DNA from: Pseudomonadota bacterium | GTDB lineage: Bacteria; Bdellovibrionota_B; Oligoflexia; Oligoflexales; RGVZ01 | NCBI GenBank assembly: GCA_041178085.1 | Contig: JBEGVZ010000105.1 | Location: forward strand, 1-44,962 | Reading direction: 5' to 3' | DNA: 44,962 nucleotides | Shown here: positions 37,515 to 44,962 of the stretch, in pieces | How the letters are laid out: each line of letters begins with the position of its first letter | Numbering within the stretch: the stretch's first letter is position 1 | Notes under the pieces: generated by a model | Seen by the model: only the letters and a program-made list of their open reading frames with translations | Database searches by the model: none | What the model was told of the DNA's origin: nothing | Position numbers and translations under genes: made by a program

Positions 37515-38002
37515 ACGAAACACCCCTCGCGTCCAAAAAAAACAACAAAATGCGCTGGATACTTGGCGGCACCGTGATTGGCGCTGCGATTGTGGCGCTT
37601 GTCTCGATCCAGCTGGGCAACAACGCAGTCTATTTTTATACGCCGGACGAAGCCTTTGCGCAGGCGGTTGACCTGTCAGGCAAGACGATCCGGGTGGGCG
37701 GCATGGTCCTGCCTGGATCCGTAAACTGGCAAGCTGAAACGCTCGACTTGAAGTTCAAGATGAGCGACCTCAAAGGACACGAAATCGCAGTGAACCACCG
37801 CGGCGCAGCCCCAGACATGTTCAAAGAAGGTCAAGGCGTGGTGGTTGAGGGCGTCCTGATCAAGAATCCGGACCAGACTCTGAACATGACCGCCCGGAAA
37901 CTGATGGTGAAGCACTCCGAGGAGTACAAAAAGCCGGGCGACCACAGCCAGGGCGTTGACAAGGAACTCCTCGAGAAATCGATCTTCAAGGCCCAGCCAT
38001 GA
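37511..38002 (+). CDS. ccmE: Heme chaperone CcmE
   Basis: YFYTP, RVGGMV, PDMFKEGQGVVVEG, KHSEEY (HxxxY type). Confidence 0.95.
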   Translation: MNETPLASKKNNKMRWILGGTVIGAAIVALVSIQLGNNAVYFYTPDEAFAQAVDLSGKTIRVGGMVLPGSVNWQAETLDLKFKMSDLKGHEIAVNHRGAAPDMFKEGQGVVVEGVLIKNPDQTLNMTARKLMVKHSEEYKKPGDHSQGVDKELLEKSIFKAQP

Positions 38003-38553
38003 ACCGCACGCGCCGCCATCGCATCATCTCTGGCATCTTGATTGCCGCCGCTGTTGCGACCGTCGCATTGCTGACACGCGGTCTTTTCGTCAACGTTCAG
38101 AAGGTACCTTCAGCCCTCGTTGGCAAGGAAGCCGCGGCCTTCGAGGTCAAAGGACTTGGGGATGGTGCCCCTGTTTCTCTGGCAAACTTCAAGGGCAAAC
38201 CGGTGATCCTGAACTTCTGGGCCAGCTGGTGTACGAGCTGTCGCGAAGAAGCAGAAATGCTGGAAATGTTCTGGCAAATGGCCAAGGACAAAGGAATTCA
38301 GGTCGTCGGCGTTGCCGTGCAGGATACGCCCGAAGCGGCTTTGGAATTCGCCCGCAGGGCAGGCAAAACATTTCCACTAGGAATTGATGAGACAGGCAAG
38401 GTTGGACTGGACTACGGCGTTTACGGCGTACCGGAAACATTCTTCATCGATGCTTCCGGGGTCATCCGCTACAAAGAGGCCGGCCCACTCACGCGCGAAG
38501 TCCTCATGACTGAGGCCGAGCGCCTTATGACGAAGTCTTCAACCAGCCCGTGA
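37999..38553 (+). CDS. ccmG: CcmG/DsbE-type thiol:disulfide oxidoreductase
   Basis: N-terminal TM, PSALVGK, NFWASWCTSC, YGVYGVPETFFID; context. Confidence 0.85.
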   Translation: MNRTRRHRIISGILIAAAVATVALLTRGLFVNVQKVPSALVGKEAAAFEVKGLGDGAPVSLANFKGKPVILNFWASWCTSCREEAEMLEMFWQMAKDKGIQVVGVAVQDTPEAALEFARRAGKTFPLGIDETGKVGLDYGVYGVPETFFIDASGVIRYKEAGPLTREVLMTEAERLMTKSSTSP

Positions 38554-38686
38554 CGTCCATGACAAAGCCCAGCGTGTAGGCCGCGATCAGGAACGGGGCA
38601 ACCAGTCCAAGGAAAAGCACAATCGGCAGGAATTCAACGAAGTCCCGCGGGTTGTCGATCTTGAAGTCTTCTTTGGTAAACATCAT
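38525..38686 (-). CDS. Small (53 aa) membrane protein
   Basis: MMFTKEDFKIDNPRDFVEFLPIVLFLGLVAPFLIAAYTLGFVMDVTGWLKTSS; AAAGG SD; GC-rich third positions; not in the ORF track. Confidence 0.65.
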   Translation of the reverse strand: MMFTKEDFKIDNPRDFVEFLPIVLFLGLVAPFLIAAYTLGFVMDVTGWLKTSS

Positions 38687-38782
38687 GGCTTGTTCAACCT
38701 TTAAGCATCATGCTGGGCGAAAAATAGACTGCCAACGTCTGGATATTACCGACAGCCGTCACGAATTGCTACGCGGGAATTG

Positions 38783-40195
38783 TTAATAAGTGACGTCCGA
38801 GGCGGTGCTGTACACGACGAATGCAGGGTAACCTGGTATCCGGTCCAGCAGCTGGGCCGTCGCCTGGAACGAGTAGGTACTACCCGACTGGAGCAACTTG
38901 TCCGGAATCACGAGGGAGTCCGTGGTGCCGGCTGTAAGCGGCGACTCGTAGATCTTGATGCCGTCGGAATTATTGATGATGACCGACCAGTTATAGCTGG
39001 TCAGGTCACCGAAAGGCTTTGATGCGCCTGATTTGACCACCGTACGGGTGCTGGTGCTGAACGAGAAGGCCAGCGATCCCAGGTCGATGTTGGGGAAAGT
39101 CATTGGAAATTCCGCAAACACAGGATCCGTCGCGCTGCCAAAAGCGAGCTGCAGGAAGATGCTCTGGAATGGGCGCACGACACGACCACTGGCCAGCAGA
39201 ACCTTCCGGGCGTAAATACCGTCTTTTTCAAACCCATCCTCGCTGGCGCCGTTGTCGAGCAAGAGTTTGTCCCACGCCGACGCAGGAGTAGAATCCGAAG
39301 CTTCGATGGTGGATCCATTCAGCAGCGAGGTCGGCCCGCGCACTTGTACGCTGAGCGGCACAGCCCCCGCACGAACCTTGGTTGAGAAAATCAGGTAAGT
39401 TTTCGTCGACCCGTCCGACTGGGGCTTCACCTCCAGTGAAGTCGCCATGAAGTCCACTCCGGTCTGAAAATACTGGTCGCCATAGGTTTCTGCCGTATCC
39501 ACAAGCAGGTTGCCGTTGGCATCGGTGTCCACAACATCCTCTGCCCCATCGGCATCGTCATCGTTGTCGAATACATTGAGCAAACCATCTCCGTCGATGT
39601 CGGGGTCGATCTCGTTGCCGACGCCGTCCTGGTCAAGGTCGACACCACTGAGTCCCGCAAGGCCAAGGACCGTGCTGCCATCAGGTGCGCCGTCACCATT
39701 GGTGTCGTTGACAGTCTCTGTGTCGAGGGTGATCCCGTCGCTTGATTGGGGGGACACCACGTAACCGCGATGGATCAGCCGGGGCAAACTGGACCCTTGC
39801 ATGCGGAAGAACATCTGGACCTTGTTGGATGTCGACGAAGACACCGCAAACATTCCACGCACGACGTAATCCGGGGATAGCAGGGTCAGCGCATGAGATT
39901 CACCCGGGCGGACGCCCTTGATCGTAAATATTCCTGAAGAATTGACTTCGCCCACCCGCGAGATGCGCGTCAGGCGTTCGGTCAGCACAACGACCCAGCC
40001 TGCCATGCGGCTCTGGCCACCCGTGGCGCCTGCAATCGACCCGCTGACGGTGGTCGACCCGAAAAGGGCACCGCCGCCCGAAGATGATCCGCCGTCCTCG
40101 TCGCCGCCGCCACCGCCGCAAGAAGCGACCGTCAGAGCCAACCCAAGTGCGAGCGCTCTAAAGGCAAACCTTGTCATGGAAACGGGCTTCGCCAA
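38783..40195 (-). CDS. Lipoprotein with TSP3-like Ca2+-binding Dx[DN]xDG repeats
   Basis: Lipobox VASC and Gly linker; DTNGDG, DLDQDG, DIDGDG, DDDADG, DANGN; LLDNG..DG.Y motif. Confidence 0.85.
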   Translation of the reverse strand: MAKPVSMTRFAFRALALGLALTVASCGGGGGDEDGGSSSGGGALFGSTTVSGSIAGATGGQSRMAGWVVVLTERLTRISRVGEVNSSGIFTIKGVRPGESHALTLLSPDYVVRGMFAVSSSTSNKVQMFFRMQGSSLPRLIHRGYVVSPQSSDGITLDTETVNDTNGDGAPDGSTVLGLAGLSGVDLDQDGVGNEIDPDIDGDGLLNVFDNDDDADGAEDVVDTDANGNLLVDTAETYGDQYFQTGVDFMATSLEVKPQSDGSTKTYLIFSTKVRAGAVPLSVQVRGPTSLLNGSTIEASDSTPASAWDKLLLDNGASEDGFEKDGIYARKVLLASGRVVRPFQSIFLQLAFGSATDPVFAEFPMTFPNIDLGSLAFSFSTSTRTVVKSGASKPFGDLTSYNWSVIINNSDGIKIYESPLTAGTTDSLVIPDKLLQSGSTYSFQATAQLLDRIPGYPAFVVYSTASDVTY

Positions 40196-40245
40196 ATTTC
40201 GGACCTTCCTCTAAAATCCATCTAACTTCTCGAGACCTGTCGGGG

Positions 40246-40272
40246 GGATCGGCATGCCCGGGGCAGGATTGA
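40246..40272 (-). promoter_or_regulatory. Sigma28/FliA-like promoter
   Basis: Minus strand TCAA-N15-GCCGATCC, upstream of SD GAGGAAGG and TTG 40195. Confidence 0.5.
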
Positions 40273-40342
40273 GAAAAAAAACCTCAACGGCGCATTAAAA
40301 TACAATAAAATCAGATGTTTAGATAAAAACAAGGGAATCAAA

Positions 40343-40666
40343 ATGGACAGCTCCGGGCGGTTTACCAAGGTCAACGAGGGGTTTACCTGCCTGTTTTGTG
40401 GACTGGATGTGCCGCCGGCCCCCCAAACATGCCGGGACCACTGCATCTGGTGTTTGCACTCTCGCCATGTCGACATCAATCCGGGGGACCGTGCCAACCC
40501 CTGCCAGGGTTTAATGAAGCCATTGGGATATGAAAATACTGGCAATAAAGGGCTCGTGATCCACTACAGATGCGAAAAATGCGGCGAACACCACCGCAAC
40601 CGCACGGCCCCGGATGATGACTACGACGCCATCTTGAAATTACAAGGCAGCTTTAAAATCCCTTAA
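40343..40666 (+). CDS. RNHCP-domain zinc-binding protein
   Basis: FTCLFCG, CRDHCIWCLHSRHVD..PGDRA..CQGLM.P, HYRCEKCG, NRTAPDDD. Confidence 0.9.
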   Translation: MDSSGRFTKVNEGFTCLFCGLDVPPAPQTCRDHCIWCLHSRHVDINPGDRANPCQGLMKPLGYENTGNKGLVIHYRCEKCGEHHRNRTAPDDDYDAILKLQGSFKIP

Positions 40667-40672
40667 AATGCC

Positions 40673-40701
40673 TTGCTTCAAATTCGCCCCCGCCATACAT
40701 T
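40673..40701 (+). promoter_or_regulatory. Sigma70-type promoter of rnpB
   Basis: TTGCTT-N17-TACATT. Confidence 0.5.
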
Positions 40702-40740
40702 GCTCGACGGGAAGGGGCCTGTTTGTAAAACAGCAGGTCT

Positions 40741-41138
<398 letters not shown>

Positions 41139-41208
41139 GCCGACTGGATGGCAAGCAGGCTCCCCGTCCCAGCCTTCGACAAATTTAACGACGACTAGAA
41201 AAACTGGC

Positions 41209-41961
41209 ATGGCCATTCGGCAACTCGACATCCTGAAGGACGTTTCTTCACGCATCAACCCCGCGGTGAATCCCTACGTTGCCAAACTTGCAGCCGGGAT
41301 GTCGGAGGGATCCCTTCCGGTTTTGCAGGGTTCTGCCCTGAGTGGTTGCCGCGGTCGCTGGCGCGAGACCTTCGATCAGTTGAATTCGTCCCGAGGGCGA
41401 ATCCCCTCGTCAAGTAAGAGAAAATTCATCGTCGAGATCGGGTGTCACCTTGGCCTGACCCTGAACCAGATGGGGGCAAACCATCCCGAAGCTGACTTTC
41501 TGGGCATGGACATAACCTTCAAAAGGGTGGTCACGGCAGCCGAACGCGCAGTTCGTCAAGGCCACTCCAACATCCTGACTGTACTGGGAAATGCGCGGGG
41601 CATTGACGCGATTTTTGCACCGGGCGAAGTGGACGGCTTCGTGATTTTCTTTCCCGATCCGTGGCTCAAGCGCGCCCAGACCAAGCACCGCCTCGTTGAC
41701 GGGGAATTTGCCAGGCTTGTCGCTGCCAAGTTGGCACCAGGCGGTTTCGTCTGGTTCAAGACTGATCAGGAACTCTACTGGAACGAGGCATCCAAAGGCT
41801 TCTCAGACGCGACGTTGACGCCGTGCGGACCAGTTGATTTTTTTGCCGGCCGCGCCTACGAAAGCACCTTCGAACGGCGGTTCCGCTTGCAGGGATTACC
41901 CGCATTTGGCGGCCAATGGATTCGCAGTCTTGATGACCGCCAAGACGCAAGGATGTGCTAA
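41209..41961 (+). CDS. trmB: tRNA (guanine-N7)-methyltransferase
   Basis: VEIGC..G, FLGMD, FFPDPW.K...HRL, FKTD, STFER. Confidence 0.9.
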   Translation: MAIRQLDILKDVSSRINPAVNPYVAKLAAGMSEGSLPVLQGSALSGCRGRWRETFDQLNSSRGRIPSSSKRKFIVEIGCHLGLTLNQMGANHPEADFLGMDITFKRVVTAAERAVRQGHSNILTVLGNARGIDAIFAPGEVDGFVIFFPDPWLKRAQTKHRLVDGEFARLVAAKLAPGGFVWFKTDQELYWNEASKGFSDATLTPCGPVDFFAGRAYESTFERRFRLQGLPAFGGQWIRSLDDRQDARMC

Positions 41962-41972
41962 ACTTGGAAACC

Positions 41973-42260
41973 ATGAAGAACGAAATCAAGGCATCACCAT
42001 CCGAAAAACTCCTGCAGGACTTGCTGGCCAATGCCCAACCTGTGGCGGAAGTGCTCACTGCGACCCACACCCCGGCAAGGCCCGCGGTCAAGGTGTCCAG
42101 CCTTGAATCCCTGAACAAGAAGACGGCTGCCGCCCAGGCAGACCGTTCGGCCGCTGGCCTGAAAATCCAGGATTGCGGCAAGGCGACACCCAAAGACGGG
42201 AACACCGCTGGTGGTGGCAAGGTGGTCGCCTTTTCAGACCGGAAGCCGACGGACGGCTGA
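41973..42260 (+). CDS. Hypothetical low-complexity protein
   Basis: Fills the trmB-ybeY gap; extended -10-like TGCTAAACT at 41956-41964 just upstream. Confidence 0.5.
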   Translation: MKNEIKASPSEKLLQDLLANAQPVAEVLTATHTPARPAVKVSSLESLNKKTAAAQADRSAAGLKIQDCGKATPKDGNTAGGGKVVAFSDRKPTDG

Positions 42261-42265
42261 ACAGC

Positions 42266-42841
42266 TTGGAACCTCCCTCTATCCAAATCGACAATCGATT
42301 GCGCACCTGGAAAATCAACGAACGCCGGGTCCGGGCCATGGTCGACTATTTTGCTGGGCGACTTGGCGTGAGTGGCCTGGATGTTCATGTCCAGTTCGTC
42401 GGGCCTGCGGCGATGCGCAAGATCAATCATCGTTTCCGCGCGAAGGACAAGTCAACGGACGTTCTGTCCTTTCCGCAACTTGAATGGCCGGTCCCATTGA
42501 TGGTGAAACGCCCGGCAGCAAACAGCAGCAAGCGCGGCCGCGGAAACTTTCGCAACAAGGGAATGACTCAGGGAACGAGGGCTGGCCTGGTTGCTTTTGA
42601 GCATGAAACAGTCCTTGGTGACATGGTGATCTGCCTTGACGCAGCAGCGAAAAATGCACGGGAGGACAAACAAGACGTAGCCCGTGAAGTTTGCTTTTTG
42701 CTGGCCCACGGCATGCTTCATCTGTGTGGCCACGATCACCAGAATGCCCGCGAAAAGAAAGTCATGTTTTCCCAGCAGCAAATCCTGATGGACGAAATGG
42801 GACAAGGCTGGCGTGGTTGCGTTAAAAGGCGGTCCCGATGA
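42266..42841 (+). CDS. ybeY: rRNA maturation endoribonuclease YbeY
   Basis: INHRFRAKDKSTDVLSFP, LGDMVIC, HGMLHLCGHDH. Start uncertain (TTG 42266 assumed). Confidence 0.93.
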   Translation: MEPPSIQIDNRLRTWKINERRVRAMVDYFAGRLGVSGLDVHVQFVGPAAMRKINHRFRAKDKSTDVLSFPQLEWPVPLMVKRPAANSSKRGRGNFRNKGMTQGTRAGLVAFEHETVLGDMVICLDAAAKNAREDKQDVAREVCFLLAHGMLHLCGHDHQNAREKKVMFSQQQILMDEMGQGWRGCVKRRSR

Positions 42842-44163
42842 GTGCACCCAATTCACAGTTGCTGGACATCATCCTGATCGCAGGCGCCACCGCACTGAAC
42901 GCAATGGTCTCTGCAGCGGACTCCGCAGTCACAACCCTTGGCTTCATCCGGGGCAGGCAACTCCTTGAAACGGCAAGTGAGCGGGACGCCCGGGCGATCA
43001 ACCTGTGGCTAAGCCACCCGGAACGCTTGAATGCAGCCATCATCATCAGCAATACGATCATCATCTCTGCGATGGCGGCAGCAATGACCTCCCAGTTTGC
43101 TGCATCCGGTTCGACCACACCCGGTGCCTGGGCAACGGTGCTGACCCTTTCCCTCATCTTGATCCTGGGGAAACTTTTTCCGAAAGCGTGGGCCTCCGCG
43201 CGCGCGGAAAGCCTTGCCCTGATATCACTGCGTTTTCTTTCCCTGCTGAATTGGATGCTTGCCCCGCTCAGCTTGCCGATGGCCACAGCATCGGCTGCCG
43301 TGATGCAGCGCTTTGGCGGCAAGGGCAAGCGCGATCGCACCATCACGGAAGAAGAAATCGAATATCTGGTTGAAGAGGGCGAGAAAGCCGGCGTTCTTGA
43401 AGAAACAAAAAAAGAGATGATCGTCAGCGTGTTTGACCTGGGCGAAACGCGCGTGCGCGAAATCATGACGCCGCGCACAGCCATTGATGCCGTGCCCTCG
43501 GATGTCACCTTTGATGAGTTGATGAAGAAGGCACTGGATACAGGCCACTCGCGCCTTCCGGTTTACCAGGACACGCTCGATCACGTGGTCGGCATCATTC
43601 TGGTGAAGGACCTGCTCCAGTATTCCCACCACCGCGGCAGGATTCCCGGGGAATTCTCGATCGTGCGCCTGATGCGGGCACCATTTTTTGTGCCGGAGAC
43701 AAAGTTGATCATTGACGTATTCAAAGACCTCAAGCGCAGCAAGAATCACATGGCTGTCGTCATTGACGAGTACGGCGGAACGGCTGGCATTGTGACGCTG
43801 GAAGATATCCTCGAGGAAATCGTGGGCGAGATACAGGATGAGCACGACACAGAGGAAGCCAACTTTGTGGAAGTCGCCCATGGTGTCTTCCACGTGCTGG
43901 GCTCCACCAACATCCACGAATTCTTCGACCACTTTGGTGTAAGCGACGACGCCTTCACCCAAGAGGATCTGCAGGACGCTGACACCGTCGGGGGCTTTAT
44001 TGCCAAGCGACTCGGCCAGTTGCCGGCTGCTGGACAAAAAGTCGATATCAGCCACCTTCACGTCGAGGTCGTTCAGGTCGCCCGCCATCGCGTGCACTTG
44101 ATAGCGGTGACTCCGGCCGGCGCCACCATCAAGGCGGATGACCAGGAAGCGGAAGACCGATGA
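42838..44163 (+). CDS. CNNM/CorB-CorC (HlyC) family transporter: DUF21 TM domain, CBS pair, CorC domain
   Basis: VREIMTPR, GHSRLPV, VIDEYGGTAGIVTLEDILEEIVGEIQDEHD, TVGGF. Confidence 0.92.
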   Translation: MSAPNSQLLDIILIAGATALNAMVSAADSAVTTLGFIRGRQLLETASERDARAINLWLSHPERLNAAIIISNTIIISAMAAAMTSQFAASGSTTPGAWATVLTLSLILILGKLFPKAWASARAESLALISLRFLSLLNWMLAPLSLPMATASAAVMQRFGGKGKRDRTITEEEIEYLVEEGEKAGVLEETKKEMIVSVFDLGETRVREIMTPRTAIDAVPSDVTFDELMKKALDTGHSRLPVYQDTLDHVVGIILVKDLLQYSHHRGRIPGEFSIVRLMRAPFFVPETKLIIDVFKDLKRSKNHMAVVIDEYGGTAGIVTLEDILEEIVGEIQDEHDTEEANFVEVAHGVFHVLGSTNIHEFFDHFGVSDDAFTQEDLQDADTVGGFIAKRLGQLPAAGQKVDISHLHVEVVQVARHRVHLIAVTPAGATIKADDQEAEDR

Positions 44164-44962
44164 TGCCAAGGCGTTTGGTGCATCTGCTGCTTTGCGCTGT
44201 TTTTTGGCCAGGCATTGCCCGCTCTGCCAGCCCACTGCGTTACCATTCGAACGACGAAATCATCACATGGATGAAATCGCTCAGTCGGGGAAGCGATGGT
44301 TTTGCTTCCTACCAGTCGCCTGGTCGATCAGCAAAAGGCCGGGAAATTGGTGTGATCTCGATCGGGATTCCCCAGGGTAGCGAAAAAAATGCGAAGCCTG
44401 CCATCATCGTCAATGCCGCCCATCACGGTGACGAGAAAATCTCAACGGCAGCCGCCCTGCACCTGATTGAGACGTTGATGAGTTCAAGGCGCTCATCCAG
44501 AACAGGCATTGAAGCTGATGATCAGATTTGGGCCGCCGCGTTGGAGCGTTACACGTTTCATGTGCAACCAGTGGTCAACCCTGACGGATACGAATCCAGC
44601 ACCAGGGAAGATTCACAAGGCCGTGACTTGAACCGTGACTATGCGTGGCCGGCGCGGAGTGAAGCCCTTTCTTTCAAGGCCCCGGAGACCCGGGCCGTGA
44701 GGGACTTCATCGCGGGCCTCGGTTCCGTGGGCGGGGCCATCGCGCTCCATTCAGGAACGGAAGGGGTCTTGTGGCCGTGGTGTCACACGAAAAAAGCTCC
44801 CGACGACGCTCCGCTGCTAACACGCCTGGCCTGGCGAACCGCAAGGGCAATGAACACTTCAGCACGGCAAAGCTGGCACGATTATCCGAGTGCAGGCGAG
44901 TTCACCGACTTTGTTTATTGGCGTCAAAAGGCCCCAGCCCTGACCATTGAGGTCGATCGCCG
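44160..44962 (+). CDS. Secreted M14 zinc carboxypeptidase, 3' end outside the window
   Basis: Hand translation from ATG 44160: signal peptide, GRSAKGREI, AAHHGDE, VNPDG, DLNRDY, ALHSG, TIEV. Confidence 0.88.
   Translation, partial: MMPRRLVHLLLCAVFWPGIARSASPLRYHSNDEIITWMKSLSRGSDGFASYQSPGRSAKGREIGVISIGIPQGSEKNAKPAIIVNAAHHGDEKISTAAALHLIETLMSSRRSSRTGIEADDQIWAAALERYTFHVQPVVNPDGYESSTREDSQGRDLNRDYAWPARSEALSFKAPETRAVRDFIAGLGSVGGAIALHSGTEGVLWPWCHTKKAPDDAPLLTRLAWRTARAMNTSARQSWHDYPSAGEFTDFVYWRQKAPALTIEVDR

Noticed and set aside
40269..40287. HAIR-like TTGAG-N9-CTCAA
   Set aside because: Only the core matches, the flanking genes are not heat-shock genes, and the left half is explained by the sigma28-like -35 box.
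44340..44400. Possible frameshift at the C4/A7 runs in the M14 peptidase
   Set aside because: Recounting shows the frame from ATG 44160 runs unbroken into the HHGDE motif.

Overview
Bacterial chromosomal segment, GC-rich and almost fully coding. Gene content (TIGR04552-like protein, CglF/GltF-like protein, futalosine-pathway MqnA, many Cys-rich lipoproteins) suggests Bdellovibrionota/Oligoflexia or a related former deltaproteobacterium; this is an inference. The backbone is housekeeping: prfC, slyD, mqnA-hemL, clpB, 5-formyl-THF cyclo-ligase, the lolE-lolD-bamA-skp-fabZ-lpxA-lpxB-msbA-lpxK envelope operon, a cysteine desulfurase, ccmABCDEG, RNase P RNA, trmB, ybeY, a CorC/CNNM-family gene and an M14 peptidase. 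Uncharacterised exported proteins are interspersed. I saw no mobile element, CRISPR array, tRNA or rRNA. The most interesting signals are: (1) six sigma28/FliA-like promoters (T[ACT]AA-N15-NCCGAWNC) in front of orphan envelope genes and a structured intergenic region; (2) that ~300-370 nt candidate structured RNA at 23371-23740; (3) a RelA/SpoT-synthetase-like protein with altered motifs, co-oriented with a cysteine desulfurase; (4) a GltF-like / beta-barrel / TolB-like module outside any gliding cluster; (5) a sigma28-like promoter enclosed by inverted repeats. All calls are by eye from motifs, with no database searches.
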